Part shown: piece by piece, positions 12,388 to 21,088 of the stretch | Position numbering within the stretch: position 1 is the first letter of the stretch | Layout: each line of letters opens with the position of its first letter | NCBI RefSeq assembly: GCF_043950625.1 | Contig: NZ_CP171007.1 | DNA length: 32,000 nt | Strand: one strand, 5' to 3' | From: Alkanindiges sp. WGS2144 | GTDB lineage: Bacteria > Pseudomonadota > Gammaproteobacteria > Pseudomonadales > Moraxellaceae | Program-made: the position numbers and the translations under genes | The notes under the pieces: model-generated | The model's database searches: none | The model's input: the letters and a program-made list of their open reading frames with translations, nothing else | What the model was told of the DNA's origin: nothing

Positions 12388-12834
12388 ATGACTGCCCTGA
12401 AAACACAAATAACTGATGCCTTAAAAGCCGCCATGCGCCAACGCGATATGGATACAGTCACTGTTATTCGTAATATACAGGCAGCCATCAAGCAGATAGA
12501 GGTTGATACTCGTGAGGAACTGGATGACGCACGGGTATTGGCAGTTTTAGAGAAACAAATTAAGCAACGCAAGGAATCTATTTCTGCTTTTTCAAACGCA
12601 GGACGTGAAGACCTGGCTGCTAAAGAACAGTCTGAAATCGGGGTGATAAGTCAATTTCTACCAGCAGCGTTATCTGAGCAAGAACTCGATGCACTGATTG
12701 AAAAAGAAATTAGCGAACAAGGCGCCACGACCATTCGCGATATGGGTAAAGTGATGAATGCACTACGTCCAAAAATCGCAGGTCGTGCAGATGCCAGTGC
12801 AGTATCTGCTAAAATAAAAGCCCGCTTGGGATAA
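12388..12834 (+). CDS. GatB/YqeY domain-containing protein
   Basis: 148 aa. LKAAMRQRD...LAVLEKQIKQRKESISAFSNAGREDLAAKEQSEIGVISQFLP is the typical YqeY pattern. It follows rpsU directly. Confidence 0.85.
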   Translation: MTALKTQITDALKAAMRQRDMDTVTVIRNIQAAIKQIEVDTREELDDARVLAVLEKQIKQRKESISAFSNAGREDLAAKEQSEIGVISQFLPAALSEQELDALIEKEISEQGATTIRDMGKVMNALRPKIAGRADASAVSAKIKARLG

Positions 12835-13023
12835 AGCGGATTAATTAAGTTTTCTCTTTCTTGAATCCTCTATGCAGTCCTAATGTATGTTTGATCTAAA
12901 TCACAACATTATTCTACATTTTTACTATAAGATTTTCTTAATATCCTGCTTATGATCCTATAGCTAGGAACTTTACTTCAAACAATGAAGTATGAAACCC
13001 AATCTGCATAAAAGGACTTTATA

Positions 13024-14283
13024 ATGAATCATGATATTCATTTTTCTAAAATTTTTGTTGCCTCTACCCTAGTATCAACCTTAGTACTGTCCGGCTGCCA
13101 CAGCGATAATGAGGACCATCAATTTGATCACTCTACTCAAGCTTTAGTTACAAAAACTGAAAACTATGCACCAGAGCAAACCGAAACCGCCACCAGTGTG
13201 AGTCAAAAAATTACTTATCGCATGCCAGCAGTGAACGGTGGTCAAACCACTGCCACTGCTGTGGTGATGCTGCCTAAAGGCCAAATGCCTACTGATGGCT
13301 GGCCTGTTGTCGTTTGGGCTCACGGTACCACTGGTGTTGCTGACAAATGTGCGCCCAGTAATTTAAAAGACAATAATGGTCAATTCACCCTGGGCAATGC
13401 GCTCCCTTTGGTTCAACAGTTATTGAACCAGGGTTATGCAGTGATCGCACCTGATTATGAAGGTCTGGGCAGTCCGGGGATTCACCCATTCTTAAACGCT
13501 AAAAGTGAAAGTGAATCCATTATCTCTGCTTTAAAAGCCGCCAAGCAGCAATATAACACACAACTTTCCAAAGACTGGGTGGTGGTTGGTCATTCTCAAG
13601 GCGGTCATGCAGCAATTGCTGCCGCAGAACGTGCTGGTGAAGCCGGCTTAGATTTTAAAGGTGTAGTCGCGTATGCGCCCGCCTCTAACTTAGGCACTAT
13701 TCTGCTTGGAGGCTATGGTCAGGTCAACAAAGCACTAGGTAGCTCAGCAGGCATACCAACAGCAAAAGCAGTGCTACCTGGACTACAGGCTTTCTCTGCA
13801 CTGGTAGCAGCTGGCATTAAGCAAAGTCAGCCTCAGTTTACTTATAGCACGGCTTTTACCAGCGAACGATCAGCTAATATTGCTGCCATTGCTGAAACAG
13901 AGTGTTATCCGGAAGTTGCTGCAGACTTTAGCAAAGATATTGAAGAATTCTATGCAGAATCGTCTAATGCTGACCAGCTTTATCCTGGCCTTGACGTGAA
14001 TTTCAATAAGATTCCACCTATTGCAGTTTTCCTGCTGGACTCCACCATTGGTCAAAAACCCATTAATTACCCGGTTGTTGTACTACAGGGTGTAGACGAC
14101 ACCACTGTACCCCCGGGTGCCACCCAGTTACTTGAGCAACAAATGCGTAGCGCAAACAACAATAATGCAAAAATATCTTTTACTTATCAGCCTGGTAAAG
14201 ATCATGGCACAGTGATAGCAGATGCGCTTGATCCAAACGGTCAATTGGCAAACTTCTTAAAAGCCAATTTGCCAGCAAAATAA
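13024..14283 (+). CDS. Lipoprotein alpha/beta hydrolase of the secretory lipase (LIP) family
   Basis: Lipobox LVLSGC at residues 20-25, PDYEGLGSPG and nucleophile elbow GHSQGG, 419 aa. The family assignment is by eye. Confidence 0.7.
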   Translation: MNHDIHFSKIFVASTLVSTLVLSGCHSDNEDHQFDHSTQALVTKTENYAPEQTETATSVSQKITYRMPAVNGGQTTATAVVMLPKGQMPTDGWPVVVWAHGTTGVADKCAPSNLKDNNGQFTLGNALPLVQQLLNQGYAVIAPDYEGLGSPGIHPFLNAKSESESIISALKAAKQQYNTQLSKDWVVVGHSQGGHAAIAAAERAGEAGLDFKGVVAYAPASNLGTILLGGYGQVNKALGSSAGIPTAKAVLPGLQAFSALVAAGIKQSQPQFTYSTAFTSERSANIAAIAETECYPEVAADFSKDIEEFYAESSNADQLYPGLDVNFNKIPPIAVFLLDSTIGQKPINYPVVVLQGVDDTTVPPGATQLLEQQMRSANNNNAKISFTYQPGKDHGTVIADALDPNGQLANFLKANLPAK

Positions 14284-14313
14284 GCACTGCTCAGGCAAGT
14301 TTTTAGGCAATAC

Positions 14314-14343
14314 AACAACGGGGCTAACTTTGGTCCCGTTGTT
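14314..14343. terminator. Hairpin between the convergent lipase and VWA genes (possible bidirectional terminator)
   Basis: aacaacggg-gctaactttggt-cccgttgtt forms a 9-bp stem. The U-tracts are weak on both strands. Confidence 0.4.
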
Positions 14344-14403
14344 ATTGATACAGGTTATGTACTAAGTCAGATAATATAATTAGAGCTACAGAAGTCCTAT
14401 GAT

Positions 14404-15591
14404 TTAACGTGACAAATAGCGTGTCATATCCTCAATACCCTTTAAGGTCATCGGATACATTTTATCTTCAAAAATCTGCTTAATGGCCGCAATTGTTTGG
14501 GTGTAATGCCAGTAGCGCTCATCTTCGGGATTCAGCCATGCCGTTTTGCTAAAATGCTGACGCATGCGCTGTAGCCACACTACACCAGACTCATCATTCA
14601 TATACTCAACCGATCCACCACGCGACATTAATTCATACGGTGCCATGCTGGCATCACCCACAAAAATTACCCGGTAATCCTTGCCATAAGTGTGCATAAG
14701 ATCCCAGGTACTCATGCGGCTACTGGAGCGGCGGGTATTGTCTTTCCAGACATAATCATATAAACAATTATGAAAATAAAAATATTCCAGGGTTTTAAAC
14801 TCGGATTTGGCCGCGCTAAACAGCTTTTCGCATTGCTGAATGTAACCATCCATGGAGCCACCAATGTCAAACAGCATCAGCACCTTGACGCGGTTGCGGC
14901 GCTCCGGCACCAGCTGAATATCCAGCATACCCTGCCTTGCCGTTGAGTTGATGGTGCCATCAATATCCAGCTCTTCTGCTGCACCCTGCCGCGCAAACCG
15001 GCGCAAGCGACGCAAGGCGATCTGCATTTGCCGTGTGCCTAGCACCTGCTCATCATCCAGATTTTGAAACTGGCGTTTTTCCCATACTTTTACTGCCGAA
15101 CGCTGACGCGATGGCCCACCAATGCGCACGCCCTCAGGGTTATCCCCATAAGCACCGAACGGCGAAGTACCACCGGTGCCAATCATTTTGTTGCCGCCCT
15201 GATGCTTTTTATGCTGTTCCCGCAAACGCTCCTGCAAAGCTTTCATCAGCTCCTCAAGGGAGCCAAATTTTTGCAGGGCAGCCTTTTCTTCCGGTGTTAA
15301 GGTTTTTTCAAGCAGCTCCAAATCCAGCCACTCAGGCGGAATATCTTGTAAACGCTGAAGCAGTGCATCTGTATCAAGTGTTTCAATCCCTTCAAAATAA
15401 TCCTTGATGGCACGGTCAAATTTATCGTAATAACGCTCATCTTTCACCAGACATAGCCTGGCCAAATGATAAAACGCTTCCCGATCAGCAAATACCAGCC
15501 CCGCCTGCACGGCTTCATTCAAATCCAGTAACTCGGTGGTGGTAACCGGTACACCGTATTTTTTCAGGGTATAAAACAAATGAACAAACAT
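14404..15591 (-). CDS. VWA domain-containing CoxE-like protein
   Basis: The N-terminus MFVHLFYTLKKYGVPVTTTELLDL is typical of CoxE-type VWA proteins. A C-terminal VWA-like core reads VLMLFDIGGSMDG (MIDAS-like DxGxS). It starts 20 nt downstream of the MoxR ATPase gene. Confidence 0.8.
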   Translation of the reverse strand: MFVHLFYTLKKYGVPVTTTELLDLNEAVQAGLVFADREAFYHLARLCLVKDERYYDKFDRAIKDYFEGIETLDTDALLQRLQDIPPEWLDLELLEKTLTPEEKAALQKFGSLEELMKALQERLREQHKKHQGGNKMIGTGGTSPFGAYGDNPEGVRIGGPSRQRSAVKVWEKRQFQNLDDEQVLGTRQMQIALRRLRRFARQGAAEELDIDGTINSTARQGMLDIQLVPERRNRVKVLMLFDIGGSMDGYIQQCEKLFSAAKSEFKTLEYFYFHNCLYDYVWKDNTRRSSSRMSTWDLMHTYGKDYRVIFVGDASMAPYELMSRGGSVEYMNDESGVVWLQRMRQHFSKTAWLNPEDERYWHYTQTIAAIKQIFEDKMYPMTLKGIEDMTRYLSR

Positions 15592-15611
15592 GACTACAAT
15601 TTAAAACCTGT

Positions 15612-16475
15612 TTAGCGGCGTGTCATAAAAGCAAGACGTTCCAGTAGTTGCACATCCTGTTCATTCTTGATCAGCGCCCCATACAATGGCGGAATGGCAG
15701 CTTTTGGGTCACGGTTGCGCAGCACGTCTTCGGGCATATCATCAGCCATCAACAGGCTTAGCCAGTCAATCAGCTCACTGGTAGAAGGCGGCTTTTTAAG
15801 GCCGGGCACTTCCCTTAGCTTAAAGAAAATCTGTAGTGCTTCATTGACCAGGGTTTGGCGGATACTGGGGAAATGCACCTCAATAATCTGGCGCATGGTG
15901 GCTTCATCAGGAAACTCAATATAGTGAAAAAAGCAGCGACGCAAAAAGGCATCCGGCAATTCTTTTTCATTATTGGAGGTAATAATAACAATAGGGCGCT
16001 GGCGGGCACTAATGGTTTCACCGGTTTCATAGACATAAAACGCCATGCGATCCAGCTCATGCAGCAAATCGTTAGGGAACTCAATATCCGCCTTGTCAAT
16101 TTCATCAATTAACAGGACACAGCGCTCTTCACTGGTAAAGGCTTCCCAGAGTTTACCAGGTTTAATGTAATGATTAATATCGTAGACTTTATCTTCGCCC
16201 AGCTGACTGTCGCGCAGGCGCGATACAGCGTCATATTCATACAGGCCTTGCTGTGCCTTGGTGGTGGACTTGATATGCCATGTAATCAGTTTCATGCCCA
16301 GACTCTGGGCGACTTGCTCGGCAAGCAGGGTTTTTCCAGTACCCGGCTCTCCCTTAACCAGTAGCGGTTTTTGCAGGGTGCGAGCAGCATTAACGGCAAG
16401 GCGCAAATTATCAGTGGCAATATACTGATCAGTTCCGGTAAATTTTTGCTGTGGTGTATTCATAACAAGCGTCAC
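15612..16475 (-). CDS. MoxR-family AAA+ ATPase (CoxD-like)
   Basis: Walker A GEPGTGKT, Walker B VLLIDEIDKAD and sensor region ITSNNEKELPDAFLRRC. The GTG at 16475 lies 2 nt after the upstream stop. An alternative ATG is at 16463. Confidence 0.88.
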   Translation of the reverse strand: MTLVMNTPQQKFTGTDQYIATDNLRLAVNAARTLQKPLLVKGEPGTGKTLLAEQVAQSLGMKLITWHIKSTTKAQQGLYEYDAVSRLRDSQLGEDKVYDINHYIKPGKLWEAFTSEERCVLLIDEIDKADIEFPNDLLHELDRMAFYVYETGETISARQRPIVIITSNNEKELPDAFLRRCFFHYIEFPDEATMRQIIEVHFPSIRQTLVNEALQIFFKLREVPGLKKPPSTSELIDWLSLLMADDMPEDVLRNRDPKAAIPPLYGALIKNEQDVQLLERLAFMTRR

Positions 16476-16477
16476 AA

Positions 16478-16834
16478 TTAATTTTCAATGGTAGGCTGGC
16501 GATATTGCTGGTATTTATTCCATAAATAACCCAGAAAAAAGCCCAAGGCAGAAACAAATAAAATAGGAATGAGATTATTCCAGATCAGGCGCTTTTCATC
16601 GGTAAGAAAACCAAATAGCAGCCCTACAATGGCCGGTGCAATTTTGGCGTTACTGCCCTCGCTAATGGTGGGCGAAAGCAAGAGGGCAAATAACAAAATC
16701 CAGCTCATGCCACCAATTGGCCGCGGCAAGGCTCTGGCAATGAAATACCAGAGCCACAGCACTATCAGGCTGCCCCCTAGATAAACGCTCACTGCGATAT
16801 TATATTCTGGAATATTATCCAGCCAGGAAAACAT
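16478..16834 (-). CDS. Small integral membrane protein (3-4 predicted TM segments), unknown function
   Basis: Hydrophobic segments include VSVYLGGSLIVLWLWYFIA, MSWILLFALLLSP, IAPAIVGLLFGFL and LIPILFVSALGFFLGYLW. The ATG at 16834 lies 1 nt after the ycgL stop (TAATATG). The tracked GTG at 16843 is less likely. Confidence 0.6.
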   Translation of the reverse strand: MFSWLDNIPEYNIAVSVYLGGSLIVLWLWYFIARALPRPIGGMSWILLFALLLSPTISEGSNAKIAPAIVGLLFGFLTDEKRLIWNNLIPILFVSALGFFLGYLWNKYQQYRQPTIEN

Positions 16835-16835
16835 A

Positions 16836-17141
16836 TTATGCACCGCGTAAGCCCTCGGGTGCCGGGGCAGTTGCTGAAATCAGCCCCTCAGGCGGTAATT
16901 GCAAAAAGTAACCTTGGGTTTCAAAGGCCTGTAACACATCCTGCACGTTCACCCGTGCCAGTTTCCGGCTGGTATGCAGCTCAAGATGCATTACAAAGCT
17001 TGGGCGGCCAAAGGCCAGTTTTAAAGTGGCAGGCACCGCTGCTAACGGATCAATGACATCAGCGTCATCTGGATAGTCCGGCCGGGCAATATAAAGGTAC
17101 ATTTCATCTTTTTTGCTCGACTTATAAATATCACAATGCAT
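16836..17141 (-). CDS. YcgL domain-containing protein
   Basis: [22 protein letters not shown] start and QGYFLQLPP, the typical YcgL-domain pattern, about 100 aa. It lies downstream of rnd. Confidence 0.8.
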   Translation of the reverse strand: MHCDIYKSSKKDEMYLYIARPDYPDDADVIDPLAAVPATLKLAFGRPSFVMHLELHTSRKLARVNVQDVLQAFETQGYFLQLPPEGLISATAPAPEGLRGA

Positions 17142-17270
17142 TACTGTTCAACATTCATGACCATAACGTGGCTAGCATACACTAAATTGCACAGATGAAA
17201 TTGACCAAAACATTGTACTGACGAGTATAGTTTTGCAAGCCGGGCACTACAATACCCTGTAGGGCAGCCT

Positions 17271-18431
17271 TTATTCAGGGAATGACATTAGATCACTGGA
17301 TGACATCTCAGCCGCCAGTATTTGCTGCTGCTGGCTCAGCAGGCTTAGAATTGGCCGGGTCAGCAGGTCATAACGCCAACCTAACAGGTACTCGGATAGC
17401 TGGGATTCATCCTCTTTGAGTGCCACAAGATTAATCATGGCGTTAAGCCATTTTTTACGCAACAGAACTTCTGCCGGCACCTGAATATTATGGCTGACAG
17501 TTTCAATGTAATGATGTACCTGATTGAGTAGCTCATTATTTTTATAACGCAGCGGTCTGGGCAAACGTGCTGGCCACTCGACAGATTCAGGTAAATAGTG
17601 CAATAAATCCAGAATGGTCTTGCCATGTTCACGCAAAATATTGGGGCGTATATCCTTGATACGCTGTAACTGGTAGGCGTTCATGGGCTGCTTGTCAAGT
17701 AAATCTATCAATGTGCTGTTTTTTAATATAAAACTTCTGGGCTGATCAGTTGCGCGGGCAATTTGCTCACGCCAAATGCAAAGTTGCTGTAGTTGTGCCA
17801 ACTGCTTGCGATTATGCCTAAAATTAGCAACTTCCAGATAAAGTTCGGTTAAAGGCTGTTCGGTCGCAATTTCCTGTGCCGTAATGACACAATCTTCCAG
17901 CACATAATCCCATAAGTGTTTTTGCTGTAGCTGCTGGCGTACAGTACTGGCCAGTGCAGGCAGGTGGGTGACATCATTGGCAGCGTATTGCAGTTGTTCA
18001 GGACGCAATGGCCTGGCCAGCCAGTCAGAGCGTGTTTCACCTTTATCAATCTGGATATCCAGCTCCTGACTTAAAGCCTGCTGGTAGCTCACCTGCAAAC
18101 CATGGCCTAGGAAAGCCAACCCAACCTGTGTATCAAACACATTGCCCAGCGGTTTTTGGTCAGCATAGTAATGAATGAGATCAAGGTCTTCGCCGCAAGC
18201 ATGCAAGACATTCAGACGAGCATTAAAAATTAGCAACCACAAATCGCTGAGGTCAAGGGTTTTACCATCCAGCAAAAACACCTTCCCATCTACATTGATT
18301 TGTAATAGGCCAAGACAGGGTCTCAGGGTGTTTACTTTAATAAACTCAGTATCCAGCGCGTATATGTCTGTAGCAGCCATTGAGGCATACAAATCATTAA
18401 GCTGATCCTGATGAGCGATGTACCGAAACAT
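17271..18431 (-). CDS. rnd: Ribonuclease D
   Basis: 386 aa. DEDD exonuclease motifs (ALDTEF, HACGEDLD, YAANDV) followed by HRDC-like regions. Confidence 0.9.
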   Translation of the reverse strand: MFRYIAHQDQLNDLYASMAATDIYALDTEFIKVNTLRPCLGLLQINVDGKVFLLDGKTLDLSDLWLLIFNARLNVLHACGEDLDLIHYYADQKPLGNVFDTQVGLAFLGHGLQVSYQQALSQELDIQIDKGETRSDWLARPLRPEQLQYAANDVTHLPALASTVRQQLQQKHLWDYVLEDCVITAQEIATEQPLTELYLEVANFRHNRKQLAQLQQLCIWREQIARATDQPRSFILKNSTLIDLLDKQPMNAYQLQRIKDIRPNILREHGKTILDLLHYLPESVEWPARLPRPLRYKNNELLNQVHHYIETVSHNIQVPAEVLLRKKWLNAMINLVALKEDESQLSEYLLGWRYDLLTRPILSLLSQQQQILAAEMSSSDLMSFPE

Positions 18432-18556
18432 CCATTTTCTACCATCATATCAAGAAAAACTATTAAGCCACGTTTAACTAATCACTGACAAGTTAAATGA
18501 ATAAAAAGCAATAAACCTATTAAACAATGCAACGTTTTTTAGCCAGAACTGCTGTA

Positions 18557-19153
18557 TTAACGCACAGATAACCGGTATTGCAGTGCCTGACTCAAGGTGT
18601 GGCTGTCTACATATTCAAGCTCTCCCCCTTGTGGTACGCCCTGGGCAATCCGGCTCACCTTTACAGGCAGGTGCTTGCTGGCTTCCACAATATAGTGCGC
18701 GGTGGCCTGCCCCTCTACTGTAGCGTTGGTTGCCAGAATAAGCTCGGAAACTGATTCATTTTGAATACGCGACAGCAACAACGGAATGCCAATTTCATCC
18801 GGGCCAATGCCATCCAGTGGTGACAAATGCCCTCCGAGGACAAAATAACGCCCTTTAAAGCTCCCACTTTGCTCAATGGCAATGACATCGGCTGGAGATT
18901 CAACCACACAGAGCAAATGCTGATCTCGCTCAGATGAGGCACAAATTGAGCAGACCTCATCTTCTGATAAGGAACGGCAGACGGTACAGTTCTGAATATT
19001 GTGCATGGCATGCGTTAAGGCCTGCGCCAGATCCAGAGCGCCATAGCGGTTACGCGACAATAAATGCAATGCCATACGCTGGGCTGATTTAGGACCTATC
19101 CCCGGCAGCACTCGTAGACGCTGCACCAGTTCTTCAAAGGCAGGACTAATCAT
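18557..19153 (-). CDS. recR: Recombination protein RecR
   Basis: [20 protein letters not shown] helix-hairpin-helix motif, a C4 zinc motif ([16 protein letters not shown]) and a Toprim region ([14 protein letters not shown]). Confidence 0.96.
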   Translation of the reverse strand: MISPAFEELVQRLRVLPGIGPKSAQRMALHLLSRNRYGALDLAQALTHAMHNIQNCTVCRSLSEDEVCSICASSERDQHLLCVVESPADVIAIEQSGSFKGRYFVLGGHLSPLDGIGPDEIGIPLLLSRIQNESVSELILATNATVEGQATAHYIVEASKHLPVKVSRIAQGVPQGGELEYVDSHTLSQALQYRLSVR

Positions 19154-19281
19154 GAGCGAGGATTAAGCCTTGCAAAGCTGTGCTTCTCATGCTCGCTCCG
19201 AGCGCAAGGTGAGCAGCTATGCTGCGAGCGGCGAAGGCCAGTCCCTGCGAGGCGTTCCCCAAGAACATCAAAACTAGGCAT
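19150..19281 (-). CDS. Candidate 43-aa small protein in the ybaB-recR spacer (may instead be a structured or REP-like element)
   Basis: The minus strand reads AGGAGG-CAT-ATG, then 43 codons ([43 protein letters not shown]). The TGA stop overlaps the recR ATG as ATGA. The ORF is too short for the supplied track. The same sequence is visibly GC-rich and forms several short hairpins. Confidence 0.3.
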   Translation of the reverse strand: MPSFDVLGERLAGTGLRRSQHSCSPCARSEHEKHSFARLNPRS

Positions 19282-19301
19282 ATGCCTCCTAAATGTATTA
19301 A

Positions 19302-19631
19302 TTAAAATAACCCCGCCAGACCCGGTGGCAAACCCATGCTGCCGTTGGCATTTTTCATGGCTTCTTCCGAGAGGGCCTCGGCCTGACGCACTGCATCGTT
19401 AATGGCGGCGGCGATCAAATCTTCAATCATATCCGCATCATCTTTTAGTAACTCAGGATCAATCTGAATACGCTTAACCACAAAACGGCCAGTCATGGTC
19501 ACTTTTACCAATCCACCACCTGCTTCAGCATTTACTTCAGTTTGTGCCAGCTGTTCTTTTGTTTTTTTAACATTAGCCTCAACCTCTTTTTGCATGCGCT
19601 GAGCCTGTTGCATCAACATATTAATATTCAT
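19302..19631 (-). CDS. ybaB: Nucleoid-associated protein YbaB/EbfC
   Basis: [17 protein letters not shown]...[25 protein letters not shown] pattern. The ATG at 19631 has AGGAGA 7 nt upstream. The tracked TTG at 19649 is unlikely. Confidence 0.93.
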   Translation of the reverse strand: MNINMLMQQAQRMQKEVEANVKKTKEQLAQTEVNAEAGGGLVKVTMTGRFVVKRIQIDPELLKDDADMIEDLIAAAINDAVRQAEALSEEAMKNANGSMGLPPGLAGLF

Positions 19632-19668
19632 GGTATTTCTCCTGATCAATCAATTAAGCTTTTAAAAA

Positions 19669-20883
19669 TCAAATCACTACCTGATCCAGCCCACGTGCCA
19701 GATCAGCCTTGATATCGGCAATATCTTCCAGCCCTACAGATACCCGTAGCAAGCCCTCTACAATGCCGGTGGCTGCTTTGGCCTCAGGTGACAGTTTGCC
19801 ATGTGTGGTAGTAGCTGGGTGAGTAATGGTGGTCTTGGCATCACCCAAGTTGCCGGTAATGGAAATAAAACGGGTATTGTCAATCACTGTCCACGCGCCT
19901 TGACGCTCACCTTTGACCACAAACGATACAATACCGCCAAATGCACGCTGTTGCTTTTTGGCAAGTTCATGACCCTTATGACTGGGCAAACCATTGTAAA
20001 ACACCTGCTCAACTACCGGATGGGCTTCCAGCCAGCTGGCCAGTTGCAACGCACTGCTTGAATGCGCATCCATACGCAAGCGCAAGGTTTCCAGCCCTTT
20101 TAAAAATATCCAAGCATTAAAAGGACTCATAGATGGACCACAGGTACGAGTGACTGCAAACACCTCTTCCAGCAGTTTGCTATTGCCTACCACCGCGCCA
20201 CCCAGTGCACGCCCCTGCCCATCCAGATACTTGGTCGCTGAGTGAATCACCAGATCGGCACCATACTTTAAAGGTTGCTGTAAAGCCGGTGTGCAAAAAC
20301 AGTTATCAACGGCCAGTAAAATATCATGTTGATGAGCAATGTTGGCAAGTGCTGCCAAATCAGCCACCTCTGACATGGGGTTACTGGGCGTTTCACAAAA
20401 AAATAGTCTGGTTTTACCGGGTTGAATTGCCGCTTGCCACTGATCCAGATCAGATAAATCCACAAAGCTAATATCTACGCCGAATTTGCGCATGTATTTA
20501 TCAAATAAAGACGTGGTAGTTCCAAATACGGCACGCGAGCACACCACATGATCACCAGCCTTCAAAAAAGCCAGAGCAGTGGCCAAAATCGCAGCCATGC
20601 CTGAAGCAGTAGCCACACAGCGCTCGCCGCCTTCCAGTGCGGCCAGACGCTCTTCAAAGGTACGCACTGTGGGATTAGTAAACCGCGAATAAATATTGCC
20701 GGGTTTTTCACCAGAAAAATGAGCCGCAGCATCAGCCGCACTGCGATAAACAAACGAGGAGGTTAAAAAAATAGGTTCGCCATGTTCATTTTCTGGCGTA
20801 CGCAGATGCCCGGTACGAATGGCCAGCGTATCAAAATGCTGAATTTGTTGCTCTGCATCGTCCAAACCAGACCAGTGGCTCAT
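19669..20883 (-). CDS. metZ: O-succinylhomoserine sulfhydrylase (PLP-dependent, Cys/Met metabolism family)
   Basis: Close by eye to Pseudomonas-type MetZ along its length: FDTLAIRTG, YSRFTNPTVRTFEERLAALEG, the PLP-lysine region HSATKYLDGQGR, and TITHPATTTHGKLSPE. The ATG at 20883 is preceded by GAGGA. Confidence 0.85.
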   Translation of the reverse strand: MSHWSGLDDAEQQIQHFDTLAIRTGHLRTPENEHGEPIFLTSSFVYRSAADAAAHFSGEKPGNIYSRFTNPTVRTFEERLAALEGGERCVATASGMAAILATALAFLKAGDHVVCSRAVFGTTTSLFDKYMRKFGVDISFVDLSDLDQWQAAIQPGKTRLFFCETPSNPMSEVADLAALANIAHQHDILLAVDNCFCTPALQQPLKYGADLVIHSATKYLDGQGRALGGAVVGNSKLLEEVFAVTRTCGPSMSPFNAWIFLKGLETLRLRMDAHSSSALQLASWLEAHPVVEQVFYNGLPSHKGHELAKKQQRAFGGIVSFVVKGERQGAWTVIDNTRFISITGNLGDAKTTITHPATTTHGKLSPEAKAATGIVEGLLRVSVGLEDIADIKADLARGLDQVVI

Positions 20884-21088
20884 GCTTTTCCTCAAGGTGT
20901 TTAATACACAGATTATTCAAAAATAAGTGTCAATTGTGAAAGTCTATGCCATACCCGTCAAGCTCAATTTACTGCAAAATGAAAGTATTGCTACCTGCTA
21001 GCCATAAATGCTCTAAAAACATAAATCGTCAATTCAGCCAAGTCTCTCCTATTATAAATCCGCTAATATATGATTTGTATTTGAAACA

